The notes under the pieces were generated by a model, which made no database searches, was not told the DNA's origin, and worked only from the letters and a program-made list of their open reading frames with translations. DNA of 64,000 nt, from positions 1 to 64,000 of IMG/VR virus record IMGVR_UViG_3300037067_003476. The stretch is one strand, 5' to 3'. The DNA is from a virus (Duplodnaviria; Caudoviricetes). Shown here piece by piece: positions 48,190-58,982 of this stretch. The translations under genes and the position numbers were made by a program. The stretch's first letter is position 1, and each line of letters opens with the position of its first letter.

Positions 48190-48501
48190 ATGCCAACATA
48201 CCAATACGTTTGCGATAACTGCGGTTATGAAGCAGAGATACGACAAAGCATAAAAGACGACGCTATCACGCGTTGCGATAAATGCAAGACAGAAAATCTC
48301 AGGAGGATTATTAGCGGTGGCGTTATTGCGATAGTTAAGAGCACGGGCAACCCAGTGATGTTAAACCAAAATGATGGTGTCGCTAATAAGCGAAGCAAGA
48401 AACGAAAGAAACTCGCTAGGCCATGGTGGCGCAATAGCGATAAGATTAATACGAAGATACTGCAAAATCCAAGGCGATACATCGAAACCGGAGAGGCGTG
48501 A
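48190..48501 (+). CDS. FmdB-family zinc-ribbon protein
   Basis: MPTYQYVCDNCG...CDKC...LRRII. Confidence 0.85.
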   Translation: MPTYQYVCDNCGYEAEIRQSIKDDAITRCDKCKTENLRRIISGGVIAIVKSTGNPVMLNQNDGVANKRSKKRKKLARPWWRNSDKINTKILQNPRRYIETGEA

Positions 48502-48794
48502 TGCGGATTAATATGAGCAATGGTGTTTTGGGAAATCAAGTCAACAAAGTTGCAAAAGTAGTTGTCAAGTGTCTTAGTTGTAATAGGCCGTTATTTGATA
48601 TAATCGTAACGAATGAAGATTCTTCGTCGTGCAAAATTGTCGGCAAATGCGGGTTTTGTGGTGGATCGTCTATCAAGCACGTTGTTAACGGTAGATTTTA
48701 TGTTGGGTCTTGTGATAGCAATATTGATTTAGATGTACTAGACGAGTTAGACAACGACACGCAAGTAGTTCTGGCCAAAAGGAGCGCGCAATGA
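48498..48794 (+). CDS. zinc-ribbon hypothetical protein
   Basis: CLSC...CGFCG. Confidence 0.65.
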   Translation: MMRINMSNGVLGNQVNKVAKVVVKCLSCNRPLFDIIVTNEDSSSCKIVGKCGFCGGSSIKHVVNGRFYVGSCDSNIDLDVLDELDNDTQVVLAKRSAQ

Positions 48795-49081
48795 TTTTCG
48801 TTACGCAAGATGGTGTGCCTCGCAGATCTCCACCAAAATCGGAAACCATATTCGCAAAAGCCGGAACAGACGGAGTGTGTTATGTGTTATGCTCCGTTGA
48901 TGGGCGACTTTTCAATCCGTTTACAATGAACAATGTTAATAAGCAGGATAAAGAACGAGGAGAACCTGTATTTAAGCTTAGAAAGTGTAGCCAAAAATGC
49001 TACCAATATTATGTGACATTCCTAAGAACAAAAAATCATACACATTTCGTAATAGCAGAAAGAGAGGCAGTTAATGGATAG
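48791..49081 (+). CDS. hypothetical protein
   Basis: ATGA overlap. Confidence 0.7.
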   Translation: MIFVTQDGVPRRSPPKSETIFAKAGTDGVCYVLCSVDGRLFNPFTMNNVNKQDKERGEPVFKLRKCSQKCYQYYVTFLRTKNHTHFVIAEREAVNG

Positions 49082-49337
49082 TTCAAAAGATGTCGTCGCT
49101 CAGTTACGCAAGTTTCTTGAAGATTCTACGGTTAACCTGTCTAGGAAAACCTCTAAAAACAGGGCCGAATTTATCAATACCGTTATTGGGTATGTCAATA
49201 GGTTAGCACCAAACTCCAGCACGGATTCTAAGACAGACGACAAGATTGTTCGTTTTGTTGGCAAGGTGCCATCGGCTGCGACTGCGGTTAAGGGCGTAGT
49301 TGTTATGACAAGACAGATGTCTCAACACGGAGAATGA
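49074..49337 (+). CDS. hypothetical protein
   Basis: GAGG RBS. Confidence 0.65.
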   Translation: MDSSKDVVAQLRKFLEDSTVNLSRKTSKNRAEFINTVIGYVNRLAPNSSTDSKTDDKIVRFVGKVPSAATAVKGVVVMTRQMSQHGE

Positions 49338-49340
49338 TCA

Positions 49341-49751
49341 ATGGTCGCGTTTGAGGTAAATGAGCACACTCCTAGACTAAGGTTTTTGGCATCATTATCT
49401 GACGGTCGTACAGTTATTCAGGATGATCTATCTGGACAACCACATGCATGGCATAGACTTGGACAGTTTCTTAAAGATAATCCCGGCGTTAAAATAACAA
49501 TGTTGCGGCTACAGCTTGTTGAAGGTGGTGGAGTAAGGGAATGGAGTACGCCGCCGCAGCAACCAGGATACATATATGGCTTCAAAGGGCAGGCCATTTT
49601 TGGAGCAGCACAATCCCATGCGGTTGGCATAGGATACTACGATGGTGTAACATGTCTCATTAACTGGATTAAACTACCAGATATGCGAGAAAGTTACTAC
49701 GAAGAACAGACTAGGGAAAAGTGTGGATTTAAGCTGATCTCCAATGAATAA
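49341..49751 (+). CDS. hypothetical protein
   Basis: packed ORF. Confidence 0.7.
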   Translation: MVAFEVNEHTPRLRFLASLSDGRTVIQDDLSGQPHAWHRLGQFLKDNPGVKITMLRLQLVEGGGVREWSTPPQQPGYIYGFKGQAIFGAAQSHAVGIGYYDGVTCLINWIKLPDMRESYYEEQTREKCGFKLISNE

Positions 49752-50244
49752 ACCGTTCACTTCACCAACTACCCCCGGACTCTCCGTTTCATTCGCAGAC
49801 TACGTTGTAGAATTAGTATGTCTGAATATGGAAAAAAATCTACCACAAAGATTTTGGAGAGATAATAAATACTGGGGTAAGAAATACGGCAGGGAGAGAA
49901 TGGGGTTTAGCAAGTTCGCTAAGCTATACGATAACCTGGACGACCCAACTATGCAAAGAGCTATTATTAATGCGGTTAAAATACTTGGCAACAAATCGTT
50001 ACTGGTAGAAAAAACACTACAGGCACTTGACAGAATTGCAAGAAAACAATACGATAAGCTGATAGCAGAAAAGACATCTTTGGCGATGTGTTGTACAGAA
50101 ACTAAGTGCGATACTGATTACATGCAAGCAAATATAGCCATTACGAACATAGATACAAATCACCGAAGCAGGCTAAATAGAATATTGGAGATCGAACAAA
50201 GTGGCCAAAAAGAAAATCGACCAGACAACCAACAAGACATTTGA
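49744..50244 (+). CDS. hypothetical protein
   Basis: packed ORF. Confidence 0.7.
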   Translation: MNKPFTSPTTPGLSVSFADYVVELVCLNMEKNLPQRFWRDNKYWGKKYGRERMGFSKFAKLYDNLDDPTMQRAIINAVKILGNKSLLVEKTLQALDRIARKQYDKLIAEKTSLAMCCTETKCDTDYMQANIAITNIDTNHRSRLNRILEIEQSGQKENRPDNQQDI

Positions 50245-51229
50245 TTCTATTATCGACGATATGTTCGGCAAGGGACTTGTTATCCAAGCCGATGTTCTTG
50301 TTGATCGACCGCGAAAAATATTGTCCACGGCATTGTCGCTGGATATCGCACTGAGCGGAGGTATCCCAGAAGGCAAGGTTGTTTTTCTGTCTGGCAAACC
50401 AAAGGCTGGAAAGACAACACTATGTCTACATATATTGTCGAACGCAATTAAAGCCAACAGAAGGGCCATTTATTTTGACATAGAAAGACGGTGTGATCCA
50501 GCCCTTATTAGAACAATACGCGACTTGGATGCGTCACGACTAACTATCGTGCGGTCAAATATGGAAAAGGTATTGAGTGCAGAGGAATGGTTGCAGTCTA
50601 TCGAGCGTGCGATCAAAGACGAACCCGGTTCTGTGATAGTAATAGATAGTCTAGCTATGCTATCGACACTATCTGAACAATCGGAATTGACTGGCGAAAA
50701 CCACGATATGGCTGGTGTTCCAAAGTTACTAGCGTCATTTTTTAGAAAGGTGAAGGATTATGTAGATATTAACAATAATATCGTTATCTTCTTGTCTCAG
50801 TACCAAACCAACAGGGATCGTGGAAGTCAAAAGAAATTTAACGAAAAGGGTGGAATGGGCATCCAGTACGCATGTTCTGTTTGGATAAATGTAGACTGGT
50901 TTAAGTTGTGGGATAGAGATAGCAGCGGCTCTGTGCATGGCCAGGATATATGTTGCACCATTAGGGCATCGGCCCTTGGTAGACCATTTATTCCATGTAG
51001 TATACCGTTACGATTTGGATTCGGCATTGATACGGAAATGGATACGATAACACACGCAGAAAATCTTGGCATAATAGAAAAGTCTGGATCTTGGTATACG
51101 ATTCCGTCGTTGACAGAGGATAAGTTTCAGGGACTAGAAAACCTTAGAAACTTCCTTATCTCCAATCGTGATATAGCCTACAAACTAGAGCAAAATATTC
51201 GTTCAACGGTTTTATGCGATGCAAGTTAA
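50201..51229 (+). CDS. recA: RecA-family recombinase
   Basis: SLDIALSGGIPEG, GKPKAGKTT, VIDSL, GG.G, GSWY. Confidence 0.93.
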   Translation: MAKKKIDQTTNKTFDSIIDDMFGKGLVIQADVLVDRPRKILSTALSLDIALSGGIPEGKVVFLSGKPKAGKTTLCLHILSNAIKANRRAIYFDIERRCDPALIRTIRDLDASRLTIVRSNMEKVLSAEEWLQSIERAIKDEPGSVIVIDSLAMLSTLSEQSELTGENHDMAGVPKLLASFFRKVKDYVDINNNIVIFLSQYQTNRDRGSQKKFNEKGGMGIQYACSVWINVDWFKLWDRDSSGSVHGQDICCTIRASALGRPFIPCSIPLRFGFGIDTEMDTITHAENLGIIEKSGSWYTIPSLTEDKFQGLENLRNFLISNRDIAYKLEQNIRSTVLCDAS

Positions 51230-51608
51230 ATTACTAGATGGAACTACCCAGAAAATCGATCTGAAAAAATACCTAATGAAAGATACATCCAGATCAAATT
51301 TTCAATTAGGTGTCGGGAACATACTAAAAAGTCATTATCCAATGGACGTTATTTTGGAAGAGGTTTATATTCGTGGCGAGAAACTTGTTTTGGATTTTTT
51401 TATCCCATCAAGGAGGTTGGCTGTTGAGTGTAATGGCATTCAACATTCCAAATTTGTAAAGTTTTTTCACGGAACAATTAAAGGGTTCCATAACCAACAG
51501 GATAGAGATGTGCGTAAAAGAGAATGGTGTCGATTGAATAATATAAGGCTCATCGAAGTAAGCGCAACAATGTCGTTAAGCGAAATAGTTTGTTTGTTGG
51601 GAAGTTAA
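51219..51608 (+). CDS. Vsr/DUF559-like endonuclease
   Basis: LDFFIP..LAVECNGIQH...RD..K..WC. Confidence 0.75.
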   Translation: MQVKLLDGTTQKIDLKKYLMKDTSRSNFQLGVGNILKSHYPMDVILEEVYIRGEKLVLDFFIPSRRLAVECNGIQHSKFVKFFHGTIKGFHNQQDRDVRKREWCRLNNIRLIEVSATMSLSEIVCLLGS

Positions 51609-51609
51609 T

Positions 51610-52017
51610 ATGCTAAAAGAAAACGCAGCGTCGTTAGAAACTGTGTTGTCTACGTGGGAAAAAAACATTGGTCTTCCAACCGCAGAACCGAATTTAGATG
51701 CGGTTAACGACGTAATCAATATTAGCCGCGATAAATTAGCCGAGATGACCGGACGAGAAGCGGCAGAATCTGCATTTATAGTTTCCGTATTGGCAATGAG
51801 TATTCAATACAAGTATAATCAATGCAAAACACTAAGTAGGTGGTGTGACGCTAATAGGAACGGTTTTTTTGGAGACGATAAGTCAAGGCTATATAACATG
51901 AAGCAGAATGTTGAATTGAAAATGTCTCGTATAGAATTCATGGCAAAGAGGCTAGAGTTCATATCACAATGCCTAATGTCAGTTCAAAGAAGTAGGTTTG
52001 GGGAGAGTGCGAAATGA
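51610..52017 (+). CDS. helical hypothetical protein (possible recombination mediator)
   Basis: coiled-coil character, next to recA. Confidence 0.55.
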   Translation: MLKENAASLETVLSTWEKNIGLPTAEPNLDAVNDVINISRDKLAEMTGREAAESAFIVSVLAMSIQYKYNQCKTLSRWCDANRNGFFGDDKSRLYNMKQNVELKMSRIEFMAKRLEFISQCLMSVQRSRFGESAK

Positions 52018-52508
52018 CACCAATCGAAACAATTAGGGTCGGCATAGTTGATGGCAATTGGCAACGCGTTTGTGACGGATTCAGAATGTTAACAGGAGAG
52101 GATTTGAAACCATCCAATACCAGTAACGACAGAAATTTACTATTACAACTTAAACGCCAAATTGATGACATGTTAGGCTTCCAGGTTAACCATGGCCAAC
52201 AACATACAAACCATAATGATGTTGATATCGACGACATAGCACCTGTGTCTATACCCTGTGACAAGGACACGCTTTATGGGAAAGTAACACTAATGACAAG
52301 TCCAGATACAGATCCAGTCGAAGTAGAGTCGAATAGAAAGAAAAGCGTAGGAGCCGCAAAACGGAAACAACAAAATAGAAGAAATGGGAATGTTACATAT
52401 AAGGTTACTTGTAGTGTTTGTGATAAGGAGTTTGAGTCTAGTCAACAGTTATCATCTGGCATAGGCCAGCGATGCCCAGAATGCATTAGGAATACTCGCC
52501 CAGACTAA
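52014..52508 (+). CDS. hypothetical protein with C-terminal zinc ribbon
   Basis: CSVC...CPEC. Confidence 0.65.
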   Translation: MTPIETIRVGIVDGNWQRVCDGFRMLTGEDLKPSNTSNDRNLLLQLKRQIDDMLGFQVNHGQQHTNHNDVDIDDIAPVSIPCDKDTLYGKVTLMTSPDTDPVEVESNRKKSVGAAKRKQQNRRNGNVTYKVTCSVCDKEFESSQQLSSGIGQRCPECIRNTRPD

Positions 52509-52509
52509 T

Positions 52510-53946
52510 ATGAAAAAAAACGCATGCCTTAATGACATCGGAGCCGAGCGCGTTGTACTCGCTGGAATCTTATCCAACGGAGCCGACGCCCTTATCGATA
52601 TAGAAGAACTATTGTCGCCAGCAGATTTTTACGGTCCACATCACGCAAAACTTTTCACAGTTCTAAAAACACTGGTGCATGACAAGGATATCAAGGAATT
52701 CGATACGCCCACAATTGTTTCTATGTCTAGGAATATGGGGTTCGATAGCATAATTGGCAATAACAAAGACGAAGAATACATAGGAAGTCTTTTCGCTGAA
52801 AGTGTTGGCCTAGACAATGCAAGATCATTAGCATCAGTGGTTTTCAAACTAAGTGTTTGTCGTCAAGCCTATCTGTGTCTTCGGCATATTCAAAAGGATA
52901 TGGAAAAAATCACTGGCAACGAAGATATCTTATCTATTTTCTCCATGATAGAAGATCCAATCTTTGGCTTCACGGCCAAGCTGGCATCAAAGGATAATGC
53001 GTTGGTGCCCATCGGCATGGACATCAAGGATATGTTTGATGCATTATCTGATAATCCTAAAGATATAATAGGATTACCATCTGGTTTCCAACTATTTGAT
53101 CAGGCCATTGGTGGCGGATTACGTCCTGGGGGAGTAACGGTTGTTGGTGCTAGACCAAAAATTGGTAAGTCGTTTTTCTGCCTTAACGTAGCCAATAATG
53201 TTGCTAAGTATGGTATTCCGGTTTTGTACCTAGATACCGAATTGCCGCGCAAATGGCAAATGATGAGATTGGCATCACTACTAAGCAAGGTATCGTTAAA
53301 TCGTATAGAAACTGGAAAGTTCAGCGAACTGCCAGAAGAACGAGACGCTGTTTATGACACAGAAGAAGTAATAGACAATTTGCCATTAACCCACTGTTCG
53401 GTCGCTGGACAATCTATCAGAGGTATACTATCTATTGTTCGTAGGTGGTTGGCCAAAAATGTTGGTTTTACTTCGTCAGGAAAAGCAAAACCATGTGTTG
53501 TTATATACGACTATCTTAAGCTTATGGATCAGTCTGATGTAAAGAACAACCTAGCTGAATATCAGCTTCTTGGTTTCTTGCTAACGGAGATGCATAACTT
53601 TGCTCTCAAGTACGATCTTCCTATACTAGCAACAGTGCAATTAAACAGGGATGGTGGGGATAGAGAAGAAGGTAATGTCATATCCGGATCGGATAGAATA
53701 TTGTGGTTAGCTTCTAGTTTTACAATACTTAAAAAGAAGAGTCAAGAAGAACTCAATGAAGACCCGCCCTCAAACGGAGATAGAAAATTGGTCATAACAG
53801 ACACTAGATTTGGCAAGGGAATGCATCCTGGCGACTACATAAATGTTAAATCTGACTTTTCGATTGCACAAATGATTGAGGGACAGGCTTATTCCCAGAC
53901 ATTGAAAGAACAGATGCCAATGTCGTTGATGTCGGATGTAGATTGA
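52510..53946 (+). CDS. dnaB: Replicative DNA helicase
   Basis: AER.VL, GARPKIGKS, YDYLKL, VQLNR. Confidence 0.95.
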   Translation: MKKNACLNDIGAERVVLAGILSNGADALIDIEELLSPADFYGPHHAKLFTVLKTLVHDKDIKEFDTPTIVSMSRNMGFDSIIGNNKDEEYIGSLFAESVGLDNARSLASVVFKLSVCRQAYLCLRHIQKDMEKITGNEDILSIFSMIEDPIFGFTAKLASKDNALVPIGMDIKDMFDALSDNPKDIIGLPSGFQLFDQAIGGGLRPGGVTVVGARPKIGKSFFCLNVANNVAKYGIPVLYLDTELPRKWQMMRLASLLSKVSLNRIETGKFSELPEERDAVYDTEEVIDNLPLTHCSVAGQSIRGILSIVRRWLAKNVGFTSSGKAKPCVVIYDYLKLMDQSDVKNNLAEYQLLGFLLTEMHNFALKYDLPILATVQLNRDGGDREEGNVISGSDRILWLASSFTILKKKSQEELNEDPPSNGDRKLVITDTRFGKGMHPGDYINVKSDFSIAQMIEGQAYSQTLKEQMPMSLMSDVD

Positions 53947-55046
53947 TGGATATCGATTTTGTTCAAGACAGAGCGTGTGAACGAATAAGAGAAATACTTG
54001 ATGCTCTTGGTGTTGAGTATACGGAAACGAGGGATTATTTACAAGGTAAGTGCCCGATTCATAATGGAGATAACGATAGGGCGTGGTACTGGGCGTTTAC
54101 CTCTAGGCACTGGAAATGCATGACCAAACACTGCGAAGAACTTGAGCCTACTGGAAAGTCGACTAGTGTCTTTGGGCTTGTGCGCGGAATACTATATAGC
54201 AATACGAATAATAAGTACACTTTTGGTCAAGCTGTTGATTTCTGTGCCAAGGTGCTTGGATTGGATAACTCCAAAGTTGATCCAAAAACCGAGGAAGAGG
54301 TGGTCATTGACAGTGCAATACGTGCATATAGAAAAAGAGTGCAGAGCAATCCAGACAAACACAAGGTATCGTTGTCCGAAGTATTGCAGTACATGAGACC
54401 AGATACAATATACTATCCAAAGAGAGGCGTCACAAAGGATATTATCGCCAAATACCATATATCGTATTGTGACAAGCCAGATAAAAAATTCTACAATCGA
54501 GCTTATATTCCGGTTCTTGATGAGACTGGCAGATATGTAATGGGATGGACATCCCGTAGTATATGGGAAAAATGTGTGCGGTGCGGTAGATACCATGATC
54601 CAGCGATAACATGTCCAAAGGATAAAGGAAATTCCAGGTATGCGAAATGGTGTCATTCTGTCGATTTTAAGGCTGAGTCGTTAGTATACAATATATGGTA
54701 CGCAAAGCCATTCATCAAGAAAACCAGAACCGCCATTATATGCGAGGGGCCGGGAGATGTATGGGGATACGAAATGGCTGGTATTCACAATTCGATAGCC
54801 ATTTTTGGCCTTAATATGTCGCCAAAGCAAAGGCAGATATTACAGAATGCGGGTGCGCTTACATTGATATTGACACTAGACAATGACAGTAGTGCTATCG
54901 AAGCGCAGCAAAGATTGAGGTCCAATCTAGAACTATATTTCAGGGTATTCTGCATAACCCCCACAGCCAAGGATGTTGGAAGTATGGGTGTTAACGACAT
55001 ACTAAGTGAACTTAAACCACAAATAGATCAATACTTGCGAGGGTAA
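53943..55046 (+). CDS. dnaG: DNA primase (Zn finger + TOPRIM)
   Basis: CPIH...C...C, CEGPGD, LDND, KDVG. Confidence 0.92.
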   Translation: MMDIDFVQDRACERIREILDALGVEYTETRDYLQGKCPIHNGDNDRAWYWAFTSRHWKCMTKHCEELEPTGKSTSVFGLVRGILYSNTNNKYTFGQAVDFCAKVLGLDNSKVDPKTEEEVVIDSAIRAYRKRVQSNPDKHKVSLSEVLQYMRPDTIYYPKRGVTKDIIAKYHISYCDKPDKKFYNRAYIPVLDETGRYVMGWTSRSIWEKCVRCGRYHDPAITCPKDKGNSRYAKWCHSVDFKAESLVYNIWYAKPFIKKTRTAIICEGPGDVWGYEMAGIHNSIAIFGLNMSPKQRQILQNAGALTLILTLDNDSSAIEAQQRLRSNLELYFRVFCITPTAKDVGSMGVNDILSELKPQIDQYLRG

Positions 55047-55047
55047 T

Positions 55048-55785
55048 ATGATAGTCTGTTTCTCTGGTAAAAAACGTAGTGGTAAAAATACAGCAGCGAA
55101 TTATCTCATTGGCAAATATCTTGTTGCTACCAAGCAAATCTCTAGTTTTGTCATAAATGGTTGCGGACAACTGGTTTATCAAGTCGGAGACCAGTGCGGC
55201 ATTGTTCAAGAAGGCAAATTAGAAAATCATTGCTTCGATGGTGTGAAGCAATATAGTTTCGCAGACACGTTAAAGCGATTCTGTATCCAGTGCTTTGGTC
55301 TCACACATGAACAGTGCTATGGAACAGAGTCGCAAAAAAATAGCTTAACAAAGATTCAATGGAAAAACTTTCCAGGCTTTGACTGCAAATCATTGAGATA
55401 CGATAGCTATATGACCGCGAGAGAAGTGCTTCAGTATTTTGGAACAAACATTGTAAGGCGTATCAATCAGGATGCGTGGGTGCAGGCCACTGTAAAAACA
55501 ATCGACGATGATACACATAAAACTGGAGACGAGAGAGTGTGTTTGGCCATTATCACAGATGCTAGATTCCCAAATGAGCTAGAAGCTATAACAAATGTTG
55601 GGGGTAAAACAGTCCGTCTGTTGCGCAATGTTGCGGGACTAGATTGTCATCCATCAGAGGTGGCTCTTGATACATATCCTACGGAAAACTACTCTTTAGT
55701 TGTCGACAATTCCAATATGATTATACAGGAACAAAATGCGGCCATTGATGCGTTCTGCGACGAGGTTGTACATGAATGTATGTAA
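55048..55785 (+). CDS. Deoxynucleoside monophosphate kinase
   Basis: GKKRSGKNT, SFAD.LK, REVLQYFGT, TDARFPNE, HPSE. Confidence 0.9.
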   Translation: MIVCFSGKKRSGKNTAANYLIGKYLVATKQISSFVINGCGQLVYQVGDQCGIVQEGKLENHCFDGVKQYSFADTLKRFCIQCFGLTHEQCYGTESQKNSLTKIQWKNFPGFDCKSLRYDSYMTAREVLQYFGTNIVRRINQDAWVQATVKTIDDDTHKTGDERVCLAIITDARFPNELEAITNVGGKTVRLLRNVAGLDCHPSEVALDTYPTENYSLVVDNSNMIIQEQNAAIDAFCDEVVHECM

Positions 55786-56698
55786 GCTAAGCGCCAGTGC
55801 GATAAAGTCGTACAAGTTTTGTCCGTTTCAATACTTGATGTCCTATCTACTGGAATTTGAACCCCAGTCCGGAAAAGCGGCTGTGTTAGGGAGTATAGTT
55901 CATCAAGTATTCGAATGGATTGGATTATTGGTTAAGAGGGGCAAGACGATAGATGTTGAGTGGTTGATTGATCGTGCATGGGATATGTACATAGAAAACA
56001 ACGCGCACCTTGGATTAAAGAGGGTGAATCGAAATGGTGAGTCCGCTGACTTTAGATTGTGTAGAACATCTGTCAATGCGGTTCTGTCTAGCCCCCTGTA
56101 TAATCCGTGGACATTAAACATTCTGGATGTTGAAAAAAGATTTGATATATCTATGCCGGGTATCGCATGGACGACACCATCTGGTCAATTTCGTATTACT
56201 GGCTATATAGATATGGTTCACGAAATCAATCCGGATACAGTAGAAATAGTAGATTGGAAAACAGGTAGGCGCACCGATTATGGATCTATGAAGCAAAAGG
56301 ATTTCTATGATATGATGAGTGACGCCCAGGCTCGCATTTATCACTTTGCGGCCAATCAACTATATCCAAAGTACAAAAATATTCTAGTTACATTCTATTA
56401 CATCAATGACGGAGGACCGATTACGCTACCATATTCTGTTGACGATATGATTATGACAGTTGGCGCTTTGTGGAGAATATTCAAGAAGATCCAGACCGAA
56501 GAACTCGTTACCAGAAGTGTCTCGTGGAAGTGTAGTAAATTTTGCCAGTTTGGTCGTATGAGAGTTTGTGATTCTATTTGGAAGGATTTCTCGGATCACA
56601 ACCTAGCATTTGTAGCAGATAAATACCGCAAGATGTCTCTGGAAAAACAACAAGAGTATAAGGAAGATAATAATGGGAATATACGTACCACTTCATAA
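55772..56698 (+). CDS. PD-(D/E)XK exonuclease, RecB/Cas4-like
   Basis: LSAS....FCP, GYID, VDWKTG, QARIY, C...C...C. Confidence 0.88.
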   Translation: MNVCKLSASAIKSYKFCPFQYLMSYLLEFEPQSGKAAVLGSIVHQVFEWIGLLVKRGKTIDVEWLIDRAWDMYIENNAHLGLKRVNRNGESADFRLCRTSVNAVLSSPLYNPWTLNILDVEKRFDISMPGIAWTTPSGQFRITGYIDMVHEINPDTVEIVDWKTGRRTDYGSMKQKDFYDMMSDAQARIYHFAANQLYPKYKNILVTFYYINDGGPITLPYSVDDMIMTVGALWRIFKKIQTEELVTRSVSWKCSKFCQFGRMRVCDSIWKDFSDHNLAFVADKYRKMSLEKQQEYKEDNNGNIRTTS

Positions 56699-58982
56699 TC
56701 ACACACACTTTTCATTACTAGACGGATTGCCGTCTCCCAAGAGAATAATTGCCCGTGCCAAGGACTTGGGTTGTCCAGCCATAGCAATGACTGATCATGG
56801 CAACATATGTGGCATGGTGGACTTTCAAAGGGCTGGCAAGAAAAGCGGTGTAAAGTCCATAATTGGTATAGAGCTATATCTATGTAGACATGATCCATCG
56901 GTTCGCGACGAAACAAACCGACAGCATTTTCACCTTACTATTCTAGCGAAGAATCATGCTGGCGTAGAAACACTAATATCTCTTGTTAGCGAAATGAACA
57001 GACCAGACTGGTTCTATAGAAAGCCGAGGATTAATCTTGATTTTCTAAAACGATTTACGAGCGACGGAAACTTAATCTGTCTATCCGGGTGTCTAATAGG
57101 GGAGTTATCGCATTGTTTATTTAGCGACCACAAGGAAGCTTGTAAAATCAGTAATACTACAAACGACAAAAGCAAAGTAAGATTACTGTTAAAAGACAAC
57201 TGGAAGGATGTTGCCAACGAAGTCGTAGACAAATATATTGACGTGTTCGGTAAGGATAACTATTACATAGAATTGCAAGAAGAGGGTATGGCTGTACAAC
57301 AAATCGTCGTAGACTGTCTGCGAGATACTAGTAAAAACCTTGGAATACCATCGGTAGCCACATTAGACAGTCACTATGCATGCCGAGAAGATGCTGACGA
57401 CCAACGAATACTACTTTACGCACAGATGCATACAACCCAAGAAGAACAATCGCGTATCAGGGCCAGTGGCGGCGACACTATGGAATTTTTCTGCTCAGAT
57501 AAGTTTTACATATTTTCATACGACGAAATGACACAACACTACAGCCAACAAGAGATCGAAACGTCGCTAGAAATAGCGGACAAATGTGGTACCCCAAAAC
57601 TCGGCCGCGCTCCGTGTCTACCGAAATTCACGACAACCAAAGACAAAACATCTGACGAACTACTTCGGGACATGTGTATAAATGGTGCCAAACAAAAATT
57701 ATGTAACCTGGATTCCGACAAAAAACTGGAATATTGGAATAGGCTTAACACAGAACTAGATACCATCAAAGAAGCTAAGCTTGCGGACTACTTTCTAATT
57801 GTCGCAGACGTATGTAGATTTGTCGATCAGAACGATGGCCCAAGGGGAAAGGGGCGTGGCTCTGGTGCCGGGTCTATTGTGAACTACCTAATCGGTGTTA
57901 CCGATATAGACCCAATAACCTATGGCCTTTACTTTGAAAGATTCTATAACAACAGCCGTAACATACCACCACACTTTAATATTGGGGCCAAAGACTTTAT
58001 GACATGGCTATCCGACCTCGACCATATCATTACTGGCGACGAGATATCACAAGCACGAAAACAGATATCTTCTGTCGTGCATAAAAAACATCGTTCATAC
58101 GATATGGCCATGATTAAGAGCGAAGCCAAATGGATAGACGATAATAGTCCAAAGATGTGGTGTTATATAGCGAGCCGATTAGAAGATAGGGATTGTGTAA
58201 ATGACAACAATTCTCAGATCGCGTATGCGACTGGCATAACCAACGACATCAGAAGTCACCCGGTATCCACAGTAGATGCCCATATTAGTTTGCCAGATAT
58301 CGACACGGACATTGGCGTTGTATTTAGGTCTCGGGTTATCGACTATTTGAATGAAAAGTGGGGCAGTGATAAGGTGTCTCAAATTGTCACATTTGGTAGA
58401 TTACAGGGAAAGGCTGCTCTAAAAGAAGTATTTAGGGCACAGCCGAACACAGTCAAGCATCTAATGCAAGTGCGTGCAACAAAACTCGGCGAAGATCCAA
58501 GCAAGTGTATTATTAAACCGCATGATCTGTGCAACGAAATCACTAGTCATATCCCGGACGAAGCAGCCATTGCGGACGAACTTCAAGAAATGAGAGAGGA
58601 AACCGGAGATGATACATATGGAATTCTTCAGTGGGCAGTTGACAATATCGATCCCGTAAAAGAGGCATATAGGTGGTACAAACCGCTATTTGATCAGGCC
58701 ATGAGAATCGAAGGAACTAAGAAATCACAAAGCAAACATGCGGCGGGTATAGTTATCGCTGATCGACCAATCAGAGAACTTGTTCCTATGATGTATGATC
58801 CAAAAAGCAAGACGCAAATATGTGGTTTAGAAATGGGTGCAGCAGAAGCTATGGGGTGTGTGAAATTCGATTTTCTTGGAGTTACAGCGCTAGACAAAAT
58901 CTGGCATGCGATGAACCTCGTTAATGGTAAAGTGCAACAAATAGGTGGTTTCGGAGAATTTGTAGATGGTCAAATTGATTAG
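56673..58982 (+). CDS. dnaE: DNA polymerase III alpha, N-terminal part (PHP + palm)
   Basis: LHNHTHFSLLDG, TDHGN, GRGSGAGS, PDIDTD, HAAG, KFDFLG. Confidence 0.95.
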   Translation: MGIYVPLHNHTHFSLLDGLPSPKRIIARAKDLGCPAIAMTDHGNICGMVDFQRAGKKSGVKSIIGIELYLCRHDPSVRDETNRQHFHLTILAKNHAGVETLISLVSEMNRPDWFYRKPRINLDFLKRFTSDGNLICLSGCLIGELSHCLFSDHKEACKISNTTNDKSKVRLLLKDNWKDVANEVVDKYIDVFGKDNYYIELQEEGMAVQQIVVDCLRDTSKNLGIPSVATLDSHYACREDADDQRILLYAQMHTTQEEQSRIRASGGDTMEFFCSDKFYIFSYDEMTQHYSQQEIETSLEIADKCGTPKLGRAPCLPKFTTTKDKTSDELLRDMCINGAKQKLCNLDSDKKLEYWNRLNTELDTIKEAKLADYFLIVADVCRFVDQNDGPRGKGRGSGAGSIVNYLIGVTDIDPITYGLYFERFYNNSRNIPPHFNIGAKDFMTWLSDLDHIITGDEISQARKQISSVVHKKHRSYDMAMIKSEAKWIDDNSPKMWCYIASRLEDRDCVNDNNSQIAYATGITNDIRSHPVSTVDAHISLPDIDTDIGVVFRSRVIDYLNEKWGSDKVSQIVTFGRLQGKAALKEVFRAQPNTVKHLMQVRATKLGEDPSKCIIKPHDLCNEITSHIPDEAAIADELQEMREETGDDTYGILQWAVDNIDPVKEAYRWYKPLFDQAMRIEGTKKSQSKHAAGIVIADRPIRELVPMMYDPKSKTQICGLEMGAAEAMGCVKFDFLGVTALDKIWHAMNLVNGKVQQIGGFGEFVDGQID

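Noticed and set aside
45994-56698. Two Cas4-like nucleases as a CRISPR-Cas system
   Set aside because: Stand-alone RecB-family nucleases are normal in phage replication modules; no cas1/cas2 or array is present.
57963-58274. DnaE insertion or split ends as intein fragments
   Set aside because: No Cys/Ser block A, TxxH or terminal HN motifs.
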